Below, in pieces: positions 25,856 through 34,125 of a DNA stretch of 34,125 nucleotides. Below the pieces are notes generated by a model, which had not been told where the DNA came from, did not search any database, and worked only from the letters and a program-made list of their open reading frames with translations. Location of the stretch: assembly GCA_003456155.1 (NCBI GenBank), contig DMPC01000001.1, forward strand, positions 1 through 34,125, read 5' to 3'. This DNA comes from Actinomycetota bacterium. GTDB lineage: Bacteria > Actinomycetota > Actinomycetes > S36-B12. The translations under genes and the position numbers were made by a program. Position 1 is the stretch's first letter, and the number at the start of each line of letters is the position of its first letter.

Positions 25856-25881
25856 TCAGGTCTGGGCTGTGCGCTCACAGG

Positions 25882-27195
25882 TCAGAACGTAGGTGGGACA
25901 AACGACAGCGCGCGATCAGTCGTCGCAATCCATGGAAATCGATATGGCTCAAGTTCAGGAGTGACAACCCGGACGACCGCAACTTCGAATTCACGTCCCA
26001 TCTCCAGTTCGCGCGCGTAGACGCGGTCGAAGCCAGCTGCAGCAAGGCCCTCCAGCATCACTGCGACATCACCGTGGAAGGTTCCCGTCGATTGGTCGGG
26101 GATTTCCTGAACGGAGACTGGGCGCGCATTGGTGAAGACCGACTGAGTCGTGAAGACGTCACTGCGTCGGCTCGACTCGAAGGATCCCCTGAGGAAGTCA
26201 TCACGTGCACCCGCAACGAATATGGTGCGGGACTGGGCTGCCTCGGTCACCGCCCGCACCATTGCAATCTCGGGATCAAGGTGGCAGCCGTATCCCTTGT
26301 AGACCCCCGAACCCCTTTCATTCGACCACAAATGCGCCTCGACAGTGGGGATACCGGGCTCAGTGGGACACCAAAGCAGGGAGACCACGGCGTCAGCCCG
26401 GTGTACCTGCTCAAGGAGGCCTCTGATGACCTCGCCCGTGATGGTCGACTGGTCGATCACCAGTCGGGACGCTCCCTTTGCGTGTGCAACACTCCAGCAG
26501 CTGACCGCATCGCGCTCGATGCATTCATACAGCGCAGCGCAAAGCGCTTCTGGCACATGATTGCCGGAAGCGAGGCCATTGGTGGTCGGGGCCCAGGGAC
26601 ATCCGAGCAAGGTCTTCTCACCACTTCCCAGCATGACCAGTGGCTCAGGCAGGTACACCTCGTCGCCGGTGAACAGATCTGATGCCCGGGACCAGTTCAT
26701 CATCCGGCTGTCAACGAGACGGCTCTGCTTGATCTGGGAGAACTGCTCAGGCGGGCACGGCAGGCGGCCGCGCATATCGCCCAGAGTGGCTCTCACATCG
26801 GCGACATCACTCTCCTCGGCAACGAACCGCTCGATCGCCTCCATGGCCGCTGACGTGGCCGCAGCGGGGAGCGTCGCCCCCTTGCCGGTCTCGACAGCAA
26901 GCGTGTCTGAGCCAGGTCGAAATGCGTTTACGACAGGGATCCCCAAGGTGTCGAGGCCAGTGATATCGGCAAGGCGAGTGATGCCTGCCTTGGGCAGATG
27001 GGGCCTTATGCGCTCAAGTGTTCGAACGGGCTCCATCGCCCGATGTGTGCCCTTGACCCAATCCTTCGAAGCACGTAGCTCCCGGCCGTCGATCAGGATG
27101 GGGGCATGCGAATCGCCATTCACTCCGTCTACCCCCCGCACGGACGCAGGGCCACGGCCTGCTTCTTCCGATGACATAGCTCCTCCTGGCGTCAT
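25882..27195 (-). CDS. stand-alone YcaO-domain protein (paralog 1, distal gene of operon)
   Basis: 437 aa with YcaO hallmarks: GITRLADITGLDTLGIPVV, GKGATLPAAATSAAMEAIERF, SGNHVPEALCAALYECIERDA, KGYGCHLDPEIAMVRAVTEAAQSR. The alternative ATG at 27177 has a better SD (AGGAGGAGCT). Confidence 0.9.
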   Translation of the reverse strand: MTPGGAMSSEEAGRGPASVRGVDGVNGDSHAPILIDGRELRASKDWVKGTHRAMEPVRTLERIRPHLPKAGITRLADITGLDTLGIPVVNAFRPGSDTLAVETGKGATLPAAATSAAMEAIERFVAEESDVADVRATLGDMRGRLPCPPEQFSQIKQSRLVDSRMMNWSRASDLFTGDEVYLPEPLVMLGSGEKTLLGCPWAPTTNGLASGNHVPEALCAALYECIERDAVSCWSVAHAKGASRLVIDQSTITGEVIRGLLEQVHRADAVVSLLWCPTEPGIPTVEAHLWSNERGSGVYKGYGCHLDPEIAMVRAVTEAAQSRTIFVAGARDDFLRGSFESSRRSDVFTTQSVFTNARPVSVQEIPDQSTGTFHGDVAVMLEGLAAAGFDRVYARELEMGREFEVAVVRVVTPELEPYRFPWIATTDRALSFVPPTF

Positions 27196-27218
27196 TGCTC
27201 GACAGTGCGATCAATGCT

Positions 27219-28499
27219 TCATCTGAGCAGTTGGTCTGGGACGGATGGAATGAAGGACTTCGCACGATCCGTGACCGCCACCCAGGGAAAGCGGTAGGGC
27301 TCCAGCCCCGGCACCAGCACGCGTACCACTGCCACCTCGAACTCTTGACCCATCGTCAGCTCCCGTGCCAGCACTGTGTCGAAGCCAGCGCGGGCGAGAC
27401 CGTCGAGGATGACAGAGACATCCCCGTGGAAGGAGCCCGTTGCCCGATCGGGCAGGTCGTTCACCGAAACTGAAGTGGAGTTGTATGTGAACAAACCGGC
27501 CCCGTGAACATCACTGCGTCGGCTCGACTCGAAGGATCCCCTGAGGAAATCATCGCGAGCCCCAGCCACAAAGATGGTCCGCGCCTGGACCGCCTCGGTG
27601 ACGGCGCGGATCATGGCGATCTCCGGATCGAGATGACATCCATAGCCCTTGTACATGCCGAGCCCGGTATCGTCTGACCACACAAACGCCATGCACGTGG
27701 GAATCCCAACTTCGGTCGGACACCACATGATCGCCACGTCAGAGTCCGCTGAGCGAATCTGCTCGATCAGGCCGCCAATGATCTCACCACGCACCGTGTC
27801 AAGGTCGACCATGAGACTGTTCACGCCCTTGCGGTGGGCTACCTGCCAGCAACTCGTCGCATCACGCTCAACCACTTCATAGAGGGCCGCACACAACGCC
27901 TCGGCCACGTGATTCCCTGAAGCGAGGCCATTGGATGACGCCGCCCACGGTGTCCCGATCATCTCCGGCTGAGAGCACGGCAACTGCACCAAGAGCTCGG
28001 GCACGAACTGCTGCTCTCCGGTACGGAGGTTCCACATGGAGGACCATGGGAATGCGCGATTCGCGACAACGCGTGCGTAGGCCATGAGGGGAAGACGATC
28101 GACGGGGGCAGCCAAGCGGTCGCCAACCTCGTCAACCGTCGCGATCAGGTCCCGAACGTCATCTTCTTCCCCTACGAAGCGCTCGATGGCCTCCATCGTG
28201 GCCGAGGTGGCCGCGGCCTCCAGCGTCGCCCCCTTGCCCGCCTCCACGGCCAGCGACCCCGACGCTGGCCGCGTGGCGATCACCACCGGAACACCGAGTG
28301 TGTCGAGTCCAGTGATGTCCGCCACGCGCGTGATCCCTGCCTTGTGGAGGTGGGGTCGAATCCGTGCCAGAGTGAGCGAAGGATCCATCGCTCGGTGTGT
28401 TCCTGCCACCCACTCCTTGTCGGCCCGGATCAGCTCTGAGCCAAGTCGGATCGCAGGGAAGGACTCGTGTGCCGAAACGCCTGACTCGCCTTGCGTCAT
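27219..28499 (-). CDS. stand-alone YcaO-domain protein (paralog 2)
   Basis: 426 aa with the same hallmark blocks (GITRVADITGLDTLGVPVV, GKGATLEAAATSATMEAIERF, ALYEVVERDA). The ATG lies 3 nt after the TAG of the upstream ABC gene (TAGgccATG). Confidence 0.9.
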   Translation of the reverse strand: MTQGESGVSAHESFPAIRLGSELIRADKEWVAGTHRAMDPSLTLARIRPHLHKAGITRVADITGLDTLGVPVVIATRPASGSLAVEAGKGATLEAAATSATMEAIERFVGEEDDVRDLIATVDEVGDRLAAPVDRLPLMAYARVVANRAFPWSSMWNLRTGEQQFVPELLVQLPCSQPEMIGTPWAASSNGLASGNHVAEALCAALYEVVERDATSCWQVAHRKGVNSLMVDLDTVRGEIIGGLIEQIRSADSDVAIMWCPTEVGIPTCMAFVWSDDTGLGMYKGYGCHLDPEIAMIRAVTEAVQARTIFVAGARDDFLRGSFESSRRSDVHGAGLFTYNSTSVSVNDLPDRATGSFHGDVSVILDGLARAGFDTVLARELTMGQEFEVAVVRVLVPGLEPYRFPWVAVTDRAKSFIPSVPDQLLR

Positions 28500-28502
28500 G
28501 GC

Positions 28503-31304
28503 CTAGAGAACCTGTCGAGTCGCGAGCGCATGGAAAGCACCATGGCGTTCCATGAGCTCCAGGTAGGTGCCCTCCTCGACGACCCGACCAGCCTGCATCA
28601 TCGCAATGCGATCGGCCCCGATAATCGTCGAAAGCCGATGGGCGACGACAATCCGGGTCATTCCGAGCGCTGCGAGGTTCTCGCTGACGACTCGCTGCGT
28701 GACATTGTCGAGAGCGCTCGTTGCCTCGTCCAGCAGCAGGATGCGAGGTCGTGTGGCCAGCGCACGAGCAATGAGGAGCCGCTGGCGCTGTCCACCGGAG
28801 AACGCGCCACCGTTCAGCGTGATCATGGTGTCCAGTTTCATCGGCATGGCATTGATGTCATCGGCGAGCGCCACGACCTCAGCCAGCTCCCATGCCTCTT
28901 CGGCAGACAGTGTCGTCGCGCCAGCAAGATTCTGGTGGATTGTGCCCGGCATCAGCTGTCCGTCCTGGAGCACCACTCCGAACTGACGCCGAACCGATTC
29001 AACATCCAGGGAGGACAGATCCTGATCGTCGAACCGAACTGAACCTGCCTCCGGAGTCTCAAACCCCATGAGCGCACGCAATACCGTGGACTTGCCGCAG
29101 CCCGACTGTCCCACGAGTGCGACCATCTCACCCGCATTGATGTGAAGATCGAAATCATCCAGCACGGCCGGGCTGTCGGGATGATAACGAAAGGTCACCG
29201 AGCGGAGTGAGACTTCACCGCGGAGTGGGCCAGGGTCAGAGCGCCCTTCACCCGATTCCGGTGCCTCGGCCACAAGTTCAGCTGCGCGCTGCATCGCCGG
29301 TCGCAGTTGCAGTCCCGTGCCGATGCCCGTGACAAAGGTCATGATCCCGGCGATGAAGAGCATGTAGGTGGTCTGGAACGCGATGAACGCTCCGACATCC
29401 CTGCCTGTGTCTGTGAGAAGCACGCCAGCAAAGAGCACCGCCGTCGACAACGAGCCGACTGTTGCCCCGAAGAGCATCTGGTGTGAAATGCGAATAGTGA
29501 GCTGCTGGCCAACAGCATCGCGAAAGCGCTCGGCCCAGGCTGCGAAGGCTCGGGGCTCAGCTCCGGCCACACGCAGCTTCGGGATGGCACCCAGCACCTG
29601 GTAGAAGAAGCCGTTCACCCGACCGGTTGCCTCGTCGACCGATCGTTGAGCACGAGCGACACGCGTAGCGAAGATCAATGACAAAGCCAACACGATGAGG
29701 CCCCACGCCATGGCGACGAGGGCGAGGGTGGGGATGTAGATGAACAGGATCACGACTGAGACCAGCGAGGCAATGATCACGGGCAATGCCCCGATGATCG
29801 ACTGCTCAATCGGGTCGCGTGCAGTCTCCAGCGCCGCCAATCGCATGCTGAGGTCACCGGGGCCGAGTCGCTTCACGAGCGCAATCGGACTGCGCAGCAC
29901 CCGACCCCAGATACCGCGCTGGAGCTTCAGAGACACTGATGCCTCAAGGCTCGTCGCTGCCGCCGTCTGCGCCATCTGCACCGGCAATACGGCGATAGCG
30001 GCCATCACCAGCGCGACAACCAGCCAAGCCAGCCTGGCGCGGTCGCCCTCGGGGATGATTTCACCGTATACAACACCGGAAGCCAGCGGAACCGTCAACG
30101 TCACAGCAGCGATGACGGAGGACCACAGCAGCACGCGCACTACCTGACGGGACTCGCCCGAAAGCGCAAGGCGAATGAGCCGCGAGGGACTCAGGTTCTC
30201 GCCCACTGGGGGCTTGGAGAACACGAAGGCGTGCGCGATCAGTGACGGCGCGCCAGCCGCGTCCGCATCCACCTCAATGCCGTTGGCATCGATGATGACG
30301 CCTTGGCCCTTGCGGATCACCAGGGCAAGCGGTGCTCCCTCGACGGAGAAGCCGACCATCGGCTCCACCGTGTTGACCCACCACTGCCCAGATAGCGTCA
30401 CCGTACGCACGAACAGCCCTGACGTGGTGGCAATTGCACGGACCGCAGCGGTTCCCTCGCGCCCGCGCAACCCACCCCTAGGGATCTTGATCGAGAAGCC
30501 ATTCACGTGAGCGACCATCGATGCGACCACCACGAGCGGCTCGTCTGATCTGACTGACGACACAGAGGTCCCGCGGTCGACAAGCTCACGAGCGAGCAAA
30601 CGCAGACCTGCGGCCTCGATCTCCGCGGAGACTGCGGGCTCGGTCAGCGCTCGTTCGCGCTCCTTGACCTCGCCCTGCACGAACGAACGAACGGCACAAT
30701 CCCCCGCCAGAGCGAAGAGCCACGTGACTCCCGTCAGCCGTTCGGCGGCATCGACGAGGTCGAGCGGATGCGCAGTGAGTACGGTGCTGCCTTGACCGAC
30801 GATGCTCATGCGCCCTGCGATGGGTGCGCCACCTTTCGGCATTGCGGTCCCGGCCAGTGTGGATTCCCCCTCCACTACACGAACCCAGGACAGCCGGTCG
30901 ACGATTGCGGCGTTTCCAGATGTGATGATCATGGGTTCCGTACTCAGCCGGTCGACATGACCTGCAGGTGGAGGCACCGTTGGCCGGATCACGGAGCAGA
31001 GGGCCTCGGCTGTCGCGATCACTGCGGCCGCGAACTCGTCATCGGTCGCCTCTGCAAGGGGAACCTCAACAGCCGTGGCGTGGTGGGCCAGCACCCAGAC
31101 TTGACCCGGAGGCGGGGCGGGTGTCGCGAGAATCGCCGGTGCGAACAGCGTGACGACGGGAACGCGACGTCCGGCACCCTCACCCGGGACATCCTCCGCA
31201 AGAAAGATCGTCGTGTCACCCGCCCGAAGGAACAATGGGGAGCTCGGATCGAACGGCTCAGCTCGCTCGACTGTGATGACTTCGCTCTCTGGCATCGCGC
31301 TCAC
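28503..31304 (-). CDS. ABC exporter permease/ATPase with about 390-aa N-terminal extension (NHLP-type bacteriocin export, TIGR03797-like)
   Basis: 933 aa. It has a six-TM exporter domain, Walker A GQSGCGKST, signature FSGGQRQR, Walker B ILLLDEATSALD and H-loop VVAHRLS. The GTG start overlaps the upstream TGA (GTGA). Confidence 0.9.
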   Translation of the reverse strand: MSAMPESEVITVERAEPFDPSSPLFLRAGDTTIFLAEDVPGEGAGRRVPVVTLFAPAILATPAPPPGQVWVLAHHATAVEVPLAEATDDEFAAAVIATAEALCSVIRPTVPPPAGHVDRLSTEPMIITSGNAAIVDRLSWVRVVEGESTLAGTAMPKGGAPIAGRMSIVGQGSTVLTAHPLDLVDAAERLTGVTWLFALAGDCAVRSFVQGEVKERERALTEPAVSAEIEAAGLRLLARELVDRGTSVSSVRSDEPLVVVASMVAHVNGFSIKIPRGGLRGREGTAAVRAIATTSGLFVRTVTLSGQWWVNTVEPMVGFSVEGAPLALVIRKGQGVIIDANGIEVDADAAGAPSLIAHAFVFSKPPVGENLSPSRLIRLALSGESRQVVRVLLWSSVIAAVTLTVPLASGVVYGEIIPEGDRARLAWLVVALVMAAIAVLPVQMAQTAAATSLEASVSLKLQRGIWGRVLRSPIALVKRLGPGDLSMRLAALETARDPIEQSIIGALPVIIASLVSVVILFIYIPTLALVAMAWGLIVLALSLIFATRVARAQRSVDEATGRVNGFFYQVLGAIPKLRVAGAEPRAFAAWAERFRDAVGQQLTIRISHQMLFGATVGSLSTAVLFAGVLLTDTGRDVGAFIAFQTTYMLFIAGIMTFVTGIGTGLQLRPAMQRAAELVAEAPESGEGRSDPGPLRGEVSLRSVTFRYHPDSPAVLDDFDLHINAGEMVALVGQSGCGKSTVLRALMGFETPEAGSVRFDDQDLSSLDVESVRRQFGVVLQDGQLMPGTIHQNLAGATTLSAEEAWELAEVVALADDINAMPMKLDTMITLNGGAFSGGQRQRLLIARALATRPRILLLDEATSALDNVTQRVVSENLAALGMTRIVVAHRLSTIIGADRIAMMQAGRVVEEGTYLELMERHGAFHALATRQVL

Positions 31305-33505
31305 TCCTGCACCAGCCTCGCGTAGACACCGTCAAGGGCCATGAGTTCTTCATGACGACCCATCTCTACGACCCTGCCCGATGACATGACGAGAATCAGG
31401 TCGGCGTCACGCACGGTACTGAGTCGATGTGCGACCACGATCGTCGTGCAGCCGCGGCGCTGTAGAGCTGCGTCCACCTCAGCCTCAGTCTCAGCGTCAA
31501 GCGCGCTGGTGGCCTCGTCGAGAAGCAGGATGGAAGGGTTGCGCACGAGGGCACGTGCAATCTCCAGCCGTTGTCGCTGCCCTCCCGACCAGTTCGTTCC
31601 ACCATCGGCGACGACGGCTGCGTAGGATCCGATTCGCGCGGCGATTGCGGAGTGGATCTGCGCATCCTGGGCGGCGCGAACGAGATCCTCTTCCGAGGTC
31701 GACGTATCCCACAGGGTCAGGTTCTCCTTGACGGTGCCGCTGAACAAGGCGATCCGCTGGTCGACCATCGCGATCGAGCGACTGATGACAGGACGAGGAA
31801 TGTCCTGGCGCAAGCGACCGTCGAATCGAACTTCACCAGACCACGGCTCATGAAGGCCGGCGAGCAGGCGCACCAGTGTCGACTTTCCGCTGCCGGAGGT
31901 GCCGACGATGGCAACCCGCGCGCCAGGCGGAATGTCGATCGAGAAGTTGTCAATGAGGGGTGGGACTGTGGTCTTGAATCCAAAGGTGACATTGCGCATG
32001 GAAATCGCCCCGCGAAGGCGGGCCTCTTCCCCCGGCATCAATGCAAAGCGCTGGATTCTCGGGTCGCAGGAGACATCGATCTTCTCGTCAAGCACGTCGT
32101 CGAGTCGTCTCACCAGATTCTGGACCTGCTGCATCATCCATGCGAATCCGACAAGGTCGGCGATCGGTCCCTGGAAGTAGTTGACAAGGACCGTGAAGGC
32201 GACCAGCGAGCCGATCTCAAGCGATCCGTTGATCACCTGCAGTGCGCCGACGCCTAGCACCGCAGCCGATGTGAGCGCCCTGAGCAGCGTTGGGACGGCA
32301 TTTCCGACCTGAGTGTGCAGCGCGATCTCCTGCCGCACATCGGCGACACGCACTGCGGTGCCCTCCCAACGAGCGTAGAAGTCACCTTCGAGGCCACCAG
32401 CCTTGATGGTCTCTAGCGTGAAGGCTCCATAGGCGGTCGTCTGGGCAAGCATCGCCTGCTGCTGCACGAGGAGTCGTGCCGAGTCGCGTCGGCGCTTGAG
32501 GGCGCTGCGAAGCGCAAGGAGGTTGCCGAGTGTGAGAATGAGCGCGATCAAGGCCAAGAACGGATCAACGACGAACATTGCCACCGCATAGACGGCGACA
32601 GTGATGGCACCCACCGAGACGACAGCGAGTCGACCGGTGAGCAGCGCCGCTACCTCCTGATTGTGCTGAACACGCTGCGAGAGGTCGGGGATCGACCGCG
32701 CCATGAAGTACTTCTCAGGCAGACGTAGCGCCTTGCGAACGAAAGCCGATGAATCGACGATCGTCATCCCGATTGAGGCACGAATGAGCACGCGCTGTTG
32801 AAACCAAGTGATGAGCACTTGCAGAGCAACAATTGCAAGGAGCCCGATGATCAGGCTCGAGGCCGCACTTCGATTCCCGCTGATAAGCACGTCATCGAGG
32901 AACATCTTCGAGATCGCGGCAATAGCTAGGCCGGGCACCGTCACCATGAGGCCGAGCAGGACCACCGCGATGACTTCGTTCAGCGCCTTGAAGACCCTCT
33001 GCAGCACCCCTCGCCATGGGCGTGGCCTTGAGCCACTCTTCGTGAAGTCTGGGGAGGGGCGGAGAATCAGGCATACCTTGGAGTACTCGGTCTCGAGTTC
33101 TGCGGATGTTACGAATCTCGGTCCGAATGCAGGATCGTTGAGTTGGGCTCCCCCCTCGACCAATCCCTCAAGCACCACAAAGTGGGACCCCCTCCAGAAG
33201 AGGATGACCGGGTAGCCGTTCCTGTGGAGGTTCGCTGCACGCAGGTAACTGCCGTGTCCGTCCAATCCATAGTGTCGGGCCGCCTTCAGCAGATCCGACA
33301 TGGATGTACCGTCCCTCGAGGCACCGCATGTCTCGCGCAGCTCTTCGAGTGGAATCCACTTCCCGTAGTAGGCGAGCACCATTCCGAGGGCCGCAGCACC
33401 GCATTCGGTGACCTCCATCTGGAGGTACGTTGGCACCCTAACGCGGCGGTCGCTGCCGTGAGGCAGGCTTGCCTTCTTCTCAGAGGCTTCCTCGGTGACA
33501 GTCAT
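31301..33505 (-). CDS. C39-peptidase / permease / ATPase ABC exporter (double-glycine leader processing; NHLP-type, TIGR03796-like)
   Basis: 734 aa. The N-terminal C39 domain has catalytic Cys (LQMEVTECGAAALGMVLAYYG), His (GSHFVVLEG) and Asp (LNDPAFGP). The ABC motifs are Walker A GTSGSGKST, WSGGQRQR, ILLLDEATSALD and VVAHRLST. The ATG shares one base with the HlyD TGA. Confidence 0.9.
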   Translation of the reverse strand: MTVTEEASEKKASLPHGSDRRVRVPTYLQMEVTECGAAALGMVLAYYGKWIPLEELRETCGASRDGTSMSDLLKAARHYGLDGHGSYLRAANLHRNGYPVILFWRGSHFVVLEGLVEGGAQLNDPAFGPRFVTSAELETEYSKVCLILRPSPDFTKSGSRPRPWRGVLQRVFKALNEVIAVVLLGLMVTVPGLAIAAISKMFLDDVLISGNRSAASSLIIGLLAIVALQVLITWFQQRVLIRASIGMTIVDSSAFVRKALRLPEKYFMARSIPDLSQRVQHNQEVAALLTGRLAVVSVGAITVAVYAVAMFVVDPFLALIALILTLGNLLALRSALKRRRDSARLLVQQQAMLAQTTAYGAFTLETIKAGGLEGDFYARWEGTAVRVADVRQEIALHTQVGNAVPTLLRALTSAAVLGVGALQVINGSLEIGSLVAFTVLVNYFQGPIADLVGFAWMMQQVQNLVRRLDDVLDEKIDVSCDPRIQRFALMPGEEARLRGAISMRNVTFGFKTTVPPLIDNFSIDIPPGARVAIVGTSGSGKSTLVRLLAGLHEPWSGEVRFDGRLRQDIPRPVISRSIAMVDQRIALFSGTVKENLTLWDTSTSEEDLVRAAQDAQIHSAIAARIGSYAAVVADGGTNWSGGQRQRLEIARALVRNPSILLLDEATSALDAETEAEVDAALQRRGCTTIVVAHRLSTVRDADLILVMSSGRVVEMGRHEELMALDGVYARLVQE

Positions 33506-34125
33506 CAGCGGAAGATCTCCGATGCCACGGACTGACGCGAAGTCTCGATGGACGCGAGCCCGATTGACGTGATGGGCGGCGCCTTCGGCGGACCCTCACC
33601 GACAGTCCATGCGTACCCGCTTGGAGTGCTTGCCGGCACGAGCTCGATCTGCACCTCGTACAACGGCCCTTGCTGTGCCACCTCCGCAGCCAATGATCCG
33701 GACCCCAGCACCGCGGCTATACGAGTGCTCGACACCGGAGTCTCGCTCACGTTCTCGACTATCCCCATGAGCCGGCCACCGCTCTGTTGGTTCACCGTCG
33801 GGAACGCGATGGTCACATTCTGGCCAACGAGAAGTCCACTCACCTGGGCCGATCCCACCAGTCCGAGGGCCATGGCGCTCTCTCCTGCCGGTGCCAGCAG
33901 GAAGACCGGGGAACCCACTCCCGTCACCTGACCGACTACGGCGTCGCTGTCGGCAACGACACCATCCATGGGAGAGACAACCTCAATCTCACCGACGGCT
34001 GGATTGATGAGGGTGGCAAGCCTCTGCCCTGTGGTGACCGAATCGCCCTCCGCAACAAACACAGCACCGATCACCCCCGATTCGAGGGTTGCGACCGGGA
34101 GAAGACCCGACTTGGGTGCGATCGC
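33505..34125 (-). CDS. HlyD-family membrane-fusion/secretion adaptor, 3' part only (gene runs off window edge)
   Basis: The reading frame stays open from 34074 to 34125 (AIAPKSGLLPVATLESGVIGAVFVAEGDSV...). It shows HlyD beta-barrel-type blocks (VSPMDGVVADSDAVVGQVTGVGSPVFLLAP). The listed start at 34074 is only an internal GTG. Confidence 0.75.
   Translation of the reverse strand, partial: AIAPKSGLLPVATLESGVIGAVFVAEGDSVTTGQRLATLINPAVGEIEVVSPMDGVVADSDAVVGQVTGVGSPVFLLAPAGESAMALGLVGSAQVSGLLVGQNVTIAFPTVNQQSGGRLMGIVENVSETPVSSTRIAAVLGSGSLAAEVAQQGPLYEVQIELVPASTPSGYAWTVGEGPPKAPPITSIGLASIETSRQSVASEIFR

Noticed and set aside
27014-27473. Short ORFs around the YcaO-YcaO junction (27014-27265 minus, 83 aa; 27195-27473 plus, 92 aa) as candidate precursor peptides.
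   Set aside because: Both overlap the YcaO coding sequences in other frames or on the other strand. They are Arg/Pro-rich, lack any leader-like region, GG motif or Cys/Ser/Thr-rich core, and have no ribosome-binding site.

Overview
High-GC, Actinobacteria-like chromosomal window with about 30 genes. All calls come from reading the supplied translations and the raw sequence; no database search was run. From left to right:

- **81-8438:** housekeeping and accessory genes: aldose 1-epimerase, a serine hydrolase, an LtrA-like membrane protein, a cupin, and a phosphoesterase translationally coupled to a MIP channel.
- **8676-11168:** a convergent sensor kinase / LuxR-type response regulator pair.
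- **11429-14032:** a DUF805 membrane protein and a secreted 14-blade Vgb (streptogramin lyase)-like repeat protein.
- **14141-14450:** a mobile-element scar made of an IS481-like transposase tail, paired palindromes and a degenerate tRNA 3' half.
- **14651-21576, minus strand:** a seven-gene sugar or amino-sugar uptake and catabolism operon (SIS, binding protein, two permeases, Fe-ADH/G1PDH-like, DeoR, ROK) with a conspicuous AT-rich palindrome upstream.
- **21665-24474:** a DUF1349 protein, a decayed inositol monophosphatase pseudogene and a class-III aminotransferase.
- **24682-25834:** a Cys-rich secreted protein whose signal peptide is interrupted by a perfect-length 82-bp tandem duplication.

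The most interesting part is 25882-34125 on the minus strand. It is a five-gene, translationally coupled operon: HlyD-like adaptor (5' end cut by the window edge), C39-peptidase ABC exporter, a 933-aa ABC exporter with a long N-terminal extension, and two tandem stand-alone YcaO paralogs. This looks like an NHLP/double-glycine-type RiPP export trio fused to a bottromycin-like pair of partner-less YcaO enzymes. No precursor peptide, TfuA, E1-like partner or dehydrogenase is visible in the window.
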